A stretch of DNA of 64,000 nucleotides from Deltaproteobacteria bacterium (GCA_040218735.1 JAVJQW010000042.1:128001-192000), one strand, 5' to 3'; shown: positions 52,340-62,210, counted from the first letter of the stretch. Translations and numbers: made by a program. The notes: generated by a model not told the origin, from the sequence alone.

Positions 52340-54258
52340 TCCGGTGGCTGCTCCCGCTCGGGATCTGCGGCGTCGCGCTGCGGATCGGCCAGACCGGTCC
52401 GGCGTGGCTCGTACCCGTGGCGCTCTTCGCGGTGTTCGTCGTGCTCTACGATCGGCGTACGTTCGCGTGGGCCGCCGGCGGGCTGGTCATCGGGCTCGTC
52501 TTTGCGAGCGGGTTGCTCGTCGCGCTCGCGCGATCGGGGATCGGGTGGGCGCTCGCCGGGTGGGGGGCCGTCGCCGTGGGGCTCGGTGTTTCGTTCGGGG
52601 TGGTCGGCGCGGTTGCGTCTTCGCAGCTCGCGTCGCGTCGTCCGACGTACGTCGCGGCGGCGTGGTGCGCGGGGTTGTTCCTGGTCGATCGACTCTTCTT
52701 CGGGCCGGTGGTGTTGACCGCGCCGCTGGCGATGGAGGTCGGTGCTTACCGGCGGCTGCTGGGGCTGGTCGGCGTCCCGGCCGCCGAGGGGTTGATCGTG
52801 CTCGCGGTGGCGGGCTTGGCCTACGCCGTGCGCGCGCGTCGCGTGGCGGCGGTCGCCTACGCGGCGCCGCTGTTGTTCGCGACGTTCGTCGCTTCACGCG
52901 CGGAGGTCGCGACGTCGGGGCAAGGGAAGTTGCACGCCGTGCAGCCGAGCTTCGCGTGGTCGGAGTACGCGTCGCGCGCGTGGTCGTTGGAGTCGCGCGC
53001 GTTCCTGTCGTCGACGCTCGACGCGCTCACCGCCGAGGCGCTCGAACGCGGCGGCACCGTGGTGTGGCCCGCGCGTGGCAGTGGTGGGCCCGACGCACAG
53101 CTTGCCTCGAGGCGCAGCGCGCTGACGAAGGCGGTCCGGCGTGCGCGCGGCGCCGATCTCGTCGTGGTCGGTCCGTACGACGTGGGCGGTTTGCGTCGCT
53201 CCGCCGCGACGCTGTTCACCGCGAAGGGCCCACGCGCGACATCCGCGCAGGGGGATGCCGCGCCGGTCTTCGCGGCCTGGTTCGAGGACGGCGCGGCGGA
53301 CGACTCTTCTGCGCCCGTCGTGTTGGATGCGAAGGCCGGGCGCCTCGGCGTCGCGATCGGTTTCGACGTGTTGTCGGGCGCGAAGGTTCGCGGGCTCGTC
53401 GAGGCGGGCGCCGAGCTCCTCGTCGTGTCGGCCGATCAGGCGGCGTTCGGACCGTCGATGCTCGGCGAGTGGCACGCGGCGTACGCGGTGATGCGCGCGT
53501 CGGAGGCGCGTCGGAGCCTGCTGTTCACGTCGAATCGCGGAGCGCCGATCAGCTACGACGTCCGGGACGGGGGGGTGCGTCGCGTCGGGCGGGCGCGGCG
53601 CCGGGGCGCGGTCAGCGCGGCGCTGTCGCGGACGCGCCAGTCGAACGATTGGCACGCCGTGTTCGCAATCTGGCTTGCGCTCCCGTTGATCTTCGGAGCG
53701 CGGTTCGTCGTTCGTCCGTGGCGTGGCCGCGCGCTCGCCGTCGCCGCGGGGGTGGGGTTGGTCGCGGGGCCGGTGGTCGCGATTCTTCACGTGGCGGCGC
53801 ACCGCGGCGCGACACCGGTCGGCGTTGCGCTGGACACGGTCGCGCGTGCGCAGGCGCCCCGGCGCGTGGGGGCGTTGCCGCGGATGTTCGGGCCGCGAGC
53901 GCCGGACCGACGCGGGCCCGCGGCGCTGGCGTACGCGTTGACGACGCTCGGCGACCGCGTGTTCGAAGAGTCGCTCGCGAACGCGGAAGGTGCGGAGGGG
54001 CTCGGGCGGGCCGCGCGAGCGCACGGTTTCGTGACGCGGAGGATCGACGTGGATTCGCTCGAAGCGATCGAGCTCGGTGCGGGGCGCGTCGCCGTGGGTT
54101 TCGAGGCGGGCCGCTACCAAGTCATCACCCGCGCGGGTGATCGGCACTGGGGCTTCGATCCGGCGTCGGGCGAGGAGCGCGAGATCGAGGCGTTCGCGGG
54201 GGAGGTGCTGCGGATCGAGTTGGCGCCGGCCGTTCAGGGGGCTTCGCAACCCTCGTAG
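52336..54258 (+). CDS. Lnt-like (nitrilase fold) membrane protein fused to a C39-like domain, catalytic residues degenerate
   Basis: N-terminal TMs, AVQP, VVWPA, AIGFD, GAELLV...FG...MRASEARR...SNRG; C-terminal GPAALAY...AARAHG...FDPASG. Confidence 0.65.
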   Translation: MIRWLLPLGICGVALRIGQTGPAWLVPVALFAVFVVLYDRRTFAWAAGGLVIGLVFASGLLVALARSGIGWALAGWGAVAVGLGVSFGVVGAVASSQLASRRPTYVAAAWCAGLFLVDRLFFGPVVLTAPLAMEVGAYRRLLGLVGVPAAEGLIVLAVAGLAYAVRARRVAAVAYAAPLLFATFVASRAEVATSGQGKLHAVQPSFAWSEYASRAWSLESRAFLSSTLDALTAEALERGGTVVWPARGSGGPDAQLASRRSALTKAVRRARGADLVVVGPYDVGGLRRSAATLFTAKGPRATSAQGDAAPVFAAWFEDGAADDSSAPVVLDAKAGRLGVAIGFDVLSGAKVRGLVEAGAELLVVSADQAAFGPSMLGEWHAAYAVMRASEARRSLLFTSNRGAPISYDVRDGGVRRVGRARRRGAVSAALSRTRQSNDWHAVFAIWLALPLIFGARFVVRPWRGRALAVAAGVGLVAGPVVAILHVAAHRGATPVGVALDTVARAQAPRRVGALPRMFGPRAPDRRGPAALAYALTTLGDRVFEESLANAEGAEGLGRAARAHGFVTRRIDVDSLEAIELGAGRVAVGFEAGRYQVITRAGDRHWGFDPASGEEREIEAFAGEVLRIELAPAVQGASQPS

Positions 54259-55622
54259 ACGTACACGGCGCCGTTGCCGGTTTGGGTGCAGTTCGCCTGG
54301 TCGGAGCCGCAGTGTTGCGATGCACCGACGACGAGAGTTCGTCCGGACAGAGCGAGCGCTTCGCCGAAGCGCATCCCCGGGTAGAGATCCGTTGGTCGCA
54401 GGTAGCGGTGCTCGAGGCGGTTGGCGCCGGTGTCGAAGAAGATGTGGACGGAGCCAGCGGTGCCGCATCCGTTCGACAGCGGGTTGGCGTAGGAACAGCT
54501 CGGGTCGGTGTGGGCGCCGACGGCCACCCACCGCTCGTCGGCCGCGGTCGCCCGGCCCCACTGGAGGTTCGCGAAGCCGTCGGTGCCGAGCTCGTTGGGG
54601 GAGTGTTCTTCGTCGATGGTCCCGCCTTCGAGCACGAAGCCTGCGCCGACGTAGCGGCAAGGCACCTGGTCTGCGGCGCACCCGCCGGTGCCGGGCTGGG
54701 CCGGGTTGGGGTTCGTGGGATCGAAGCAGACGTCGACGCAGGTGTAGCTGTAGTGGGCGGAGATCCACGCGCGGTCGTCGTCGAGCCAGCTGATGGACGA
54801 GCCGAAGGTGTAGGTCCGCGGGGACGGAGACCGGTGCTCGCGTACGGGCGACCATCGGCCGCCGGCGTGCGCATACTCGAGGACGCGTCCGCGCTCTGGG
54901 CATCGGTCGATCCGTCCGCAGTTGGTGGGGGCGCCGATCAATAGCCGATCGCCGCGGACGGCGATGGCGGTGCCGAAGTCCTCTCCGACGATCGGCTCGT
55001 CGGGTCGCAACGTGTCGACGTACTCCGGCGTTCCGCTCTGCACGGTGAAGACGTCCACGGCGCCGGAGCGATCTCGAAAGGGTTCGGCGACGAAGAGCCA
55101 CCGTCCGTCGCGGACGACGTTCGTACCGAACGTCGGGCCGCTGCTCGTCGAGGTCAGCGGTGCGCCGAGCACGTCGAGGTCGAACGATGTGTGCCAGACA
55201 CGGCCGACGCCGGCGCCGTTCGGGATACCGAACCACAGGCCGTCGTCGGCGACGCTCATGGCTTCGATGACGTGTCCCGGCGCCATCTGATCGCGGGAGG
55301 TTTGGGTGCGGTCGACGCTCCAGCCCGCGGGCGTGCGCGCGAGACGCGAGAGCTCCCAGACGTGGGTCGGGTAGTCGTCGTTGGCTTCGATGTAGCTCGA
55401 GATGAAGATGTAGTCGTCGTTCGAAGCTACGGTGCCGCCGAAGCCTCGCGTCGGCCATTCGGAGCCCACGAAGCTCTCCTCGCCCCAGCACGGAGGGACG
55501 CCGGCATCGAGCCCACCGTCGCGGAAGCTACCGCCGTCGCGGTCGGAGGCGATGAGCACCGTGGCCTCCTGACAACCGACGGCGAAGGGGAGGAGCAGCG
55601 GGGCGAGTCGTCTTACTTCCAT
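54234..55622 (-). CDS. FG-GAP (integrin-like beta-propeller) lipoprotein
   Basis: FAVGC lipobox; FGTAIA...IGAP, FGEALA...VGA, GAVYVY repeats. Confidence 0.8.
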   Translation of the reverse strand: MEVRRLAPLLLPFAVGCQEATVLIASDRDGGSFRDGGLDAGVPPCWGEESFVGSEWPTRGFGGTVASNDDYIFISSYIEANDDYPTHVWELSRLARTPAGWSVDRTQTSRDQMAPGHVIEAMSVADDGLWFGIPNGAGVGRVWHTSFDLDVLGAPLTSTSSGPTFGTNVVRDGRWLFVAEPFRDRSGAVDVFTVQSGTPEYVDTLRPDEPIVGEDFGTAIAVRGDRLLIGAPTNCGRIDRCPERGRVLEYAHAGGRWSPVREHRSPSPRTYTFGSSISWLDDDRAWISAHYSYTCVDVCFDPTNPNPAQPGTGGCAADQVPCRYVGAGFVLEGGTIDEEHSPNELGTDGFANLQWGRATAADERWVAVGAHTDPSCSYANPLSNGCGTAGSVHIFFDTGANRLEHRYLRPTDLYPGMRFGEALALSGRTLVVGASQHCGSDQANCTQTGNGAVYVYEGCEAP

Positions 55623-57019
55623 TCGTATACGAAGACGGCGCCGACGCCTCCGCTCCCTTCCTCTCCTGGGCGACCCACGCCTTGTCCAAGGTTGGCTTCG
55701 CCGGGCGCGCCGATCGCGATCCAGTCGCCGCGCAGGTCGACGGCGTAGCCGAACTCGGTCCGCGGGCGCGAAGTCGTGGGTTTGACGTAGAGGCGGCGAA
55801 CCCAGTCGGTGCCCTCGGGCTCGTAGACGAAGGCTGCGCCGGTTCCGACGCCGTCGGCGTTGCAGCTCGTGTCCCAGTTCGTCGGATTGATGCCTTGTTC
55901 GCAGTTGCGTTCGTGGGGGGCGCCGACGAGCAACCGTCCGGGCTCGGCGTCGATCGCGAACCCGAAGTACGCGTCGGCGTGTTCGTTCTCGATCTGGTCC
56001 TCCGCGAAATAGTCGGCGCGGTCCATGATCCAGACCTTGGCCGCGCCGGGTTCGCCGACGAACAACCTCGTGTCCGTCACGGCGAGGCTCGCGCCGAACC
56101 AAGCCTGGGTCGCGGGGTCGTCGGCGGTGATGCGCGCGGTCTCTCGCCACTCACCGTCGATGCGTTCGAGCGCACGCACGCTGCCGGCTTCAGGGCAGGG
56201 ATCCTCGCCCGCCAGGGCGCACGGGTCGTCGTGGGGGAGGCCGACGAAGATGAAGCGCTCGTCGACGGCGAGCGAGGCGCGACGCGGACGGCCGCCCGAC
56301 GCCGCGAAGGGGGTTCCGTAGGCATCCGGCACGAACGCCGGTTGCTCCATCCAGCGATCCTCCACGCGCTCGAAGACGTGGACCGCGAGCTGACTCGGGC
56401 AGGCCACGTGTTCCTCGGGGCAAGCGAGGTTCGGCGCGACCGCGACGACGCGCGAGGTCGTGGCGGCGATGGCGTACCCGAGCTCCGCGTTGCGGATCGG
56501 ATCGGCGCTGCGCAAGGGAAACGACCCTCCGAAGCCATCGGCGGTACGCGGGATGACTTCGAGCTGTCCGGAGCGGTGGAGTGATTCGCCGTCGACCTCG
56601 AGGGAGTAGGCCGACGAGGCGACGAACCAGGTGTCCTCGGTGACGGCCATCTGCGCGCCGAAACCGGCGTTGGTGTCGCGCGCGTCGCTCTTGAGGAGCG
56701 CGTACGGCGTGTCCTGTTCCGCGGGGATTTCGACGAGGCTGAGAATCCCTTCTCGTCGACAGCGGAGGTCGAAGCCCGAATCGGAGGGTTCGTACCCGCA
56801 GTCTCCCGACAGCGGCGCCGCCGTCGCCAGCGTGTCGTCCAGCCAGACGATCTGGCGACCGAACGCCGCGTCGACCTCGTGCGCACGTGGCTTGAGGTAG
56901 TTGATCATTCGCCAGATGGGTTGGTACTCCGGCGGCGCCGGGAGCTCACCGACGACGATCGGGTTGGAGCACGCGATGGTCGCGCATACGAGCGCGAGCT
57001 CGATCCTCGGTGTCTTCAT
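55613..57019 (-). CDS. FG-GAP repeat lipoprotein
   Basis: TIAC lipobox; FGASLA, FGFAI...VGAP, FGYAV...IGAP, GAVFVY. Confidence 0.8.
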   Translation of the reverse strand: MKTPRIELALVCATIACSNPIVVGELPAPPEYQPIWRMINYLKPRAHEVDAAFGRQIVWLDDTLATAAPLSGDCGYEPSDSGFDLRCRREGILSLVEIPAEQDTPYALLKSDARDTNAGFGAQMAVTEDTWFVASSAYSLEVDGESLHRSGQLEVIPRTADGFGGSFPLRSADPIRNAELGYAIAATTSRVVAVAPNLACPEEHVACPSQLAVHVFERVEDRWMEQPAFVPDAYGTPFAASGGRPRRASLAVDERFIFVGLPHDDPCALAGEDPCPEAGSVRALERIDGEWRETARITADDPATQAWFGASLAVTDTRLFVGEPGAAKVWIMDRADYFAEDQIENEHADAYFGFAIDAEPGRLLVGAPHERNCEQGINPTNWDTSCNADGVGTGAAFVYEPEGTDWVRRLYVKPTTSRPRTEFGYAVDLRGDWIAIGAPGEANLGQGVGRPGEEGSGGVGAVFVYEWK

Positions 57020-58167
57020 TGCGGCGTGGGCTTCGCGGATCCTTGCTTCAGCTCGCGCACGAGCGCGCTACCGGGGTGGTTTTCGAGGAAGGCCTCGCGG
57101 AGCTGCGCCGCGCGGTCGATCGCGCCGACGCCTTCGTAGGCGCGAATCTCCAGGAAATCGCGGAGGTCTGCGAGCTGCCCGTTCGGGAACACGTCGCGGT
57201 GGAGCCGGACCTGCTCGAGGGCCTTCGACGGGGACGCGGCGAGCGCGCGTTTGCCGGCATCGAGGATGCGGAGCTCTTCGGCGAGGCCGCCGGATTTCAT
57301 TGCGTTGGTGTCGTCGGCGCTGTCGGTCGGCGCGGAATTCGTTGCGTCATCGCCGTCGGCGGTCGGGGCGCCCGCGGAATTCATTGCGTTCGGTCCGTCG
57401 TCGTCGTCGTCGGTTCCGGAATTCGTTGCGTTCGCAACGGCGCCGGCCGCGTCGCCCGCGGATTTCTTTGCGTTCGCTGCTTCACCGCTCGCCGCGCCGG
57501 TGGATTTCTTTGCGTTCGTTTCTTCACGGCTCGCGGTGCCGGTGGATTTCGTTGCGCCCACCTCATCGCCAGCCACGGCGCCCGCGGAATTCATTGCGCC
57601 CGCCGGAGCGGCGCCCGCGGCGCCCGCGGAATTCATTGCGCCCGCCGGAGCGGCGCCCGCGGCGCCCGCGGAATTCGTTGCGCCCGCCGGAGCGGCGCCC
57701 GCGGCGCCCGCGGAGTTCGTTGCGCCCGCCGGGTCGCCACCGCCGCCCCCCGCGGAATTCGTTGCGTCCGCGTCGTCGCCGCCTACCGCGTCATCGGAAT
57801 TCGTTGCGTCCGCCCCCGCAGCCCCCTCGTTACCCGCGAATTTCATTCCGTCCGCGCCGCGCTCCCCCGCGGGCGCCACGACCGCGCTCGGGGCCTCGGC
57901 CACTGCGCCGTCCAGGTCGAAGGCGCCGAGGTCGAAGCCGCCGGTGCTCGCGGCGAACCAGAGCGCACCCCCGCCCAACACCGTCAGCACCGCGAGCCCC
58001 GCCTTCATGGCGAAACCGCCGCCGGTCGCGGGCAGCTCCACGAGGCGCTCCGCGACGTCGACCGCCACGGGATCCGGGAGGCGCGGCGTCGGGTCGTAGG
58101 ACTCCAATAGCCGACGGGCGTCGGAAGAGAGAGACGAGGATTCGAGGAGCCGCTTCGGTGCGTCCAT
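57016..58167 (-). CDS. Putative anti-sigma factor: short N-terminus, TM, 14-aa repeat stalk, TPR-like C-terminus
   Basis: TAATG coupling to the ECF gene; one TM; LAEELRILD...FPNGQL...FLENHPGS C-terminus. Confidence 0.7.
   Translation of the reverse strand: MDAPKRLLESSSLSSDARRLLESYDPTPRLPDPVAVDVAERLVELPATGGGFAMKAGLAVLTVLGGGALWFAASTGGFDLGAFDLDGAVAEAPSAVVAPAGERGADGMKFAGNEGAAGADATNSDDAVGGDDADATNSAGGGGGDPAGATNSAGAAGAAPAGATNSAGAAGAAPAGAMNSAGAAGAAPAGAMNSAGAVAGDEVGATKSTGTASREETNAKKSTGAASGEAANAKKSAGDAAGAVANATNSGTDDDDDGPNAMNSAGAPTADGDDATNSAPTDSADDTNAMKSGGLAEELRILDAGKRALAASPSKALEQVRLHRDVFPNGQLADLRDFLEIRAYEGVGAIDRAAQLREAFLENHPGSALVRELKQGSAKPTPQ
57292..57850. repeat. 14 copies of GGA(A/T)TTC(G/A/T)TTGCG at an exact 42-bp period
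   Basis: Motif starts at 57292, 57334, 57376, 57418, 57460, 57502, 57544, 57586, 57628, 57670, 57712, 57754, 57796 and 57838 (last one degenerate); the 29-bp spacers are mostly divergent, three are identical. Confidence 0.92.
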
Positions 58168-58730
58168 TAGCCGGCCCTCCTTTCTTCCGTCGCGCGGAGG
58201 CGCGCGACGTTGCGTTCGAAGGTCTCGCGGGCACGACGGAGGCGACTGAAGACGGTCTGAAGCGGGCAATCCATGAGCGAGGCGATCTCGCTCCCCGTCA
58301 TTCCGTCGATCTCGAACATCACGAAGACCGCGCGCTGATCGAGTGTCATGCGATTCAGGATCGATTCCATCTGTTCGCGCGCTCGGGCGCGCTCGGTGTT
58401 CTGCTCGGGGTCGTCGTCGCAGACCCGGTCGGCGTGAGGCTCCGCCTCGATCTGCTCGCGCACCCGGAAGGCGCGTCGTCGGTATCCCGCGGCGACGCGC
58501 CGCGCGATGGCGAATAGCCACGTGGTCATCGCCGCGTCGTGCCGGTACTCCCCGAGCCGTCGATGGACGACGACGAACACCTCGTGCAGCTGGTCGGGCA
58601 AATCACGCTCCGGCACTCCAAAGCGCGACAGGGCGCGGTAGACGAAGTCGCCGTGGGCCCGGTAGATCTCGCTGACGTCGAGCACCGGCTCGACCGCGGG
58701 ACGGACCGCTTCGGCGCTCATGGAACCCAT
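58167..58730 (-). CDS. ECF RNA polymerase sigma-70 factor
   Basis: DQLHEVF, TWLFAIAR region 2; QRAVF...EIA...TVFSRLRRAR region 4. Confidence 0.9.
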   Translation of the reverse strand: MGSMSAEAVRPAVEPVLDVSEIYRAHGDFVYRALSRFGVPERDLPDQLHEVFVVVHRRLGEYRHDAAMTTWLFAIARRVAAGYRRRAFRVREQIEAEPHADRVCDDDPEQNTERARAREQMESILNRMTLDQRAVFVMFEIDGMTGSEIASLMDCPLQTVFSRLRRARETFERNVARLRATEERRAG

Positions 58731-58765
58731 CTGGCCCGTGGATGCTCCGGGCCGCGTCGGATTAT

Positions 58766-59722
58766 CTACCTAAATCGAAGAATCAGCCCGGCCGTCCCCA
58801 CGAAGGCCACTGGAGACTCGTTCAGGACGATCGTCATCGTCCGTTTCTCCGCGAACTTACGGTCCACGAGCGTGACCAACGCCTCTGTCCCGAGCCTGAA
58901 ATGCACCGGCCCCGTGATGGGCGCCGTGAAGCTCGCGCCCGCAGAGGCCGCGAACCACGGGTACCCGCCCGGGTCGATCGGAACGGCCTCGACCTTCGTG
59001 AAGCCCAACATCGAGCCGCCGTACACCCGAACACACCCCGCCAGCTCGAAGCGCCCCCCGGGCTCGAACCGCGAACAGCCGTGCAGCACCGCGGCGATGA
59101 CCCCGAAGAAGAACGCGTCCACCGTGCGGATCGGGAGGACCAGCGCACCCACTCCGAGCTCGAACCGACGCCCCACGCGCAGCGACGTCGTGAGCCGCCC
59201 TCCGAACGACACGTCGGGGAGCGTCCCCACGTTCAACACGGCCTCGACGTCGAACGTCCCCTGCGGGGGCACATACACGACGGGCGTCGCGGTCGAAGTC
59301 GGAACGAGCGGCACCCGCGCACGCAGGGGGGCCTCCGGCGGAGCCGTGGTGCCCGTCTCGATCAATCCGATCCGCGGGAGCCGCTCCGCCACCACCGCGA
59401 TCGTCAACGCCACGGCCTGCCCGAGGATCGCGCAGTCGTCGTCCTCCGACACCAACGTCTTCTCGCTGACGACCCCGTCGTCTTCGAAGCGCGTGAGCTT
59501 CGCACGCCACCCCGGCGCGTCGCCTTCGACGGCGACCTCGAACCGAGCCTTCGGTTCCGGCCCGAACGGATCACACCCCAGCCGGTCGACGATCCGCCGC
59601 GCCACCACCTCCCCCGACGGACACTCGACGGCCGTCGCCGAGCGCACCCAGTCCAGGCGCAAGGTGCTGGTCGGGCAGCTCGGCGGGGTCGCCACGAGGA
59701 GCGCGAGCAGCCACCCCGACAT
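58766..59722 (-). CDS. Secreted hypothetical protein, possible C-terminal beta-barrel
   Basis: Signal peptide; CP...C...AVAL N-terminal domain; alternating beta-strand C-terminus ending LILRFR. Confidence 0.65.
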   Translation of the reverse strand: MSGWLLALLVATPPSCPTSTLRLDWVRSATAVECPSGEVVARRIVDRLGCDPFGPEPKARFEVAVEGDAPGWRAKLTRFEDDGVVSEKTLVSEDDDCAILGQAVALTIAVVAERLPRIGLIETGTTAPPEAPLRARVPLVPTSTATPVVYVPPQGTFDVEAVLNVGTLPDVSFGGRLTTSLRVGRRFELGVGALVLPIRTVDAFFFGVIAAVLHGCSRFEPGGRFELAGCVRVYGGSMLGFTKVEAVPIDPGGYPWFAASAGASFTAPITGPVHFRLGTEALVTLVDRKFAEKRTMTIVLNESPVAFVGTAGLILRFR

Positions 59723-59779
59723 GCGCGCGGGCTTAACAGCCTCCGGTCCGGTTGGGAAGACCGGTCGCCCCGTCCGACG

Positions 59780-62146
59780 CTAACCTTCGCGCCACTCGAT
59801 CCGATCCGCGTCGAGGTGAAGTCGTCCCTTGCCGCGCTCGAAGGCTGCCTTGCGCGTCTTCCCTTTCGTCAACAGGTCCTTCAGCTCGTTCGCCGTCAGC
59901 TTCTTCCCGTCGAAGACGAACGGCACGGTGAAGTCGCAGCCGTCACGCCAGTGCCCGCACCCCCAGGCGCGCCGCCCCGCGACGATGCCTTCGCGCTGAC
60001 ACCGCGGACACGTATAAGCGAAGCGCTCCGGGGCGCGTGCCTTGGGCGCCGCCGCCGCACCGTCCCCGAAGTCGAACGAAACCTCGCCATCGCGCAGCAC
60101 CAGGATCGCCGCGAATTTGCGCTTCTTCTTCGAACGAAAGCCACGCAGCTTCGTCGTTCGCCCGCGACGAAGGAGCTGCTCCACCTCGCCCTCGCGCAGC
60201 TCCCGCCCCGCGATCCGTCCCGGGATCGACAGGTGGCAGGCACTACACTCGAACGAACGCCCCCGCCGCGCGACCTCGGCGCTGCACTGCGGACACCGCC
60301 CCAGCACCCGGCGTGGCGTCGGCGTCGCCTCCACCTTCGCGAGGTCTCCCACGACGCGCCGCGCGAACGTCTCCACGTCCTGGCTGAACCTCGCCGCCTG
60401 CTCACGGCCCGCCGCGATCTGCGACAACCGCGCCTCCCAGGCCCCCGTCAGCTCCGCCGACTTGAGCGTGTCGTTCGGGAGTCCGTCGATCAAAGCGACC
60501 CCCTTCGTCGTCGGTACCAGCGCCTTCTTGTCGCGCCGCACGTACTCGCGCTTCAGGAGGGTCTCGATGATCGACGCGCGCGTCGCCGGCGTGCCCAGAC
60601 CGCACGCCTTCATGGCCTCTCGCAGCGCCTCGTCCTCCACGTCCTTGCCCGCGGTCTCCATCGCGGCGAGGAGCGTCGCGTCGGTGTGTCGCGGGGGCGG
60701 CTTCGTGCGCCCCTGCTTCGTCGCGAGCTTCGCGTCGAGCCGATCACCCTCCCGCACCGGCGGGAGCAGCTGGTCCTTCCGCTTCGGCGGCTCGATCGCG
60801 TGCCACCCCGGCGACACCACCACGCGGCCGCGCGCGACGAACGCGTCGGGGGGCGCAGGGAGCGCAGGCAGGATCGCGTCGCTCCAGCTCTTCGGTTTGT
60901 CGCACGGGCCGGTCCCCAACAACACGTACGTGGACTTCAACTCCGCCGCCGCCGACAGCGCCGCGAGGAAGCGACGAACGACGAGGTCGTAGATCTTCGC
61001 TTCGTCCGCGCCGAGTTTGTTCGCGTCCTTCCGACCCGACACCGGGACGATCGCGTGGTGGTCACTCACCTTCGCGTCGTCGACGACCCGCCGCGTGATA
61101 CGGAGCCCCGCACGCGCCAGGTGCTTCGCGTGGGTCCCGTACGCCGGATCGCCCTCGAAGGTCGCCACCAACCCGGGCAGCCCCGCCTTCTGATCCGATC
61201 CCAGATACCGCGACGAGGTTCGCGGGTACGTGATCATCTTGTGGCGCTCGTACAGCGTCTGCGCCGCGCGGAGCGTGCGGTCCGCCGAGAAACCGTAGCG
61301 CTGGTTCGCCGTCCGTTGCAGCGTCGTGAGATCGAAGAGCTGCGGCGCCGGCTCCTGCGTCTTCCGCTCCTCGACCCGCAGCACCGTCAGCGGGCCCACC
61401 ACGCGAGCGACGAGCGCATCCGCGAGCGCCGCCTTTGCAAGGCGGGTTGCACCGCTCTGTGAAGTCCACCGAGCGACGAACCCGACATCGGCCTCGACCT
61501 CCCAGAAGTCCTCCGGCACGAACCGCGAGATCGCTTGCTCCCGTTCCACGATCAGCGCGAGCGTCGGCGTCTGCACCCGCCCGATCGAATGCACGCCGGC
61601 GTCCCGCCCCGCGGTGAGCGTCATGGCGCGCGTCGCGTTGAGCCCTACGATCCAGTCGGCCTCCGAGCGTGCTCGCGCCGCCGCCGCGAGCGCTTCGAAG
61701 TCCCGGCCCGGCCGCAGGCGACGAAACCCATCCGCGATCGCGTCCGACGTGAGCGAAGAGATCCACAGCCGCTGGATCGGCAGCCGCGACCGCGCGCGCT
61801 CGTACACGTAGCGGAAGATGAGCTCCCCCTCGCGCCCGGCGTCACACGCGTTGACGACGAACGCAAAGTCACCGCGGAGGAGGTCACGGACGACGCGCCA
61901 TTGTTTCAGCGTGCGCGGCGCCGGACGCAGGCGGAACGCGTCAGGGATCATCGGGAGCGTGTCGAACGACCAGCGCTTCCACTTGGTGTCGTAGGCGCTG
62001 GGTTCGTCGAGCTCGACGAGGTGGCCGATGCACCACGTGACGACCCAGCCGTTTCCGCGGATCGAACCGTCACCCTTGTCGCGCGCTCCGAGCGCTCGCG
62101 CGAGATCCCGCGCGACCGAAGGTTTCTCCGCGACGACCAGCTTCAC
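59780..62146 (-). CDS. topB: DNA topoisomerase III (type IA)
   Basis: GTG 62146 VKLVVAEKPSVA; GHLVEL, DAGREGE, GRVQTPTL, ITYPRT, GLGTPATRA; C-terminal Zn-ribbon repeats. Confidence 0.92.
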   Translation of the reverse strand: MKLVVAEKPSVARDLARALGARDKGDGSIRGNGWVVTWCIGHLVELDEPSAYDTKWKRWSFDTLPMIPDAFRLRPAPRTLKQWRVVRDLLRGDFAFVVNACDAGREGELIFRYVYERARSRLPIQRLWISSLTSDAIADGFRRLRPGRDFEALAAAARARSEADWIVGLNATRAMTLTAGRDAGVHSIGRVQTPTLALIVEREQAISRFVPEDFWEVEADVGFVARWTSQSGATRLAKAALADALVARVVGPLTVLRVEERKTQEPAPQLFDLTTLQRTANQRYGFSADRTLRAAQTLYERHKMITYPRTSSRYLGSDQKAGLPGLVATFEGDPAYGTHAKHLARAGLRITRRVVDDAKVSDHHAIVPVSGRKDANKLGADEAKIYDLVVRRFLAALSAAAELKSTYVLLGTGPCDKPKSWSDAILPALPAPPDAFVARGRVVVSPGWHAIEPPKRKDQLLPPVREGDRLDAKLATKQGRTKPPPRHTDATLLAAMETAGKDVEDEALREAMKACGLGTPATRASIIETLLKREYVRRDKKALVPTTKGVALIDGLPNDTLKSAELTGAWEARLSQIAAGREQAARFSQDVETFARRVVGDLAKVEATPTPRRVLGRCPQCSAEVARRGRSFECSACHLSIPGRIAGRELREGEVEQLLRRGRTTKLRGFRSKKKRKFAAILVLRDGEVSFDFGDGAAAAPKARAPERFAYTCPRCQREGIVAGRRAWGCGHWRDGCDFTVPFVFDGKKLTANELKDLLTKGKTRKAAFERGKGRLHLDADRIEWREG

Positions 62147-62197
62147 GGCCCGCAGATGTTGGCGGATTCGCGATCGCTCGGCCACCGAGAACGCTCC

Positions 62198-62210
62198 GGA
62201 ATTCGTTGCG
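62198..62210. promoter_or_regulatory. Isolated intergenic copy of the array motif (GGAATTCGTTGCG)
   Basis: Exact match to the most common array unit, in the gap between topB and the divergent lipoprotein gene. Confidence 0.45.

Noticed and set aside
57292-57850. CRISPR array
   Set aside because: The repeat is only 13 bp and degenerate, three spacers are identical, the array is in frame within a CDS, and no cas genes are in the window.
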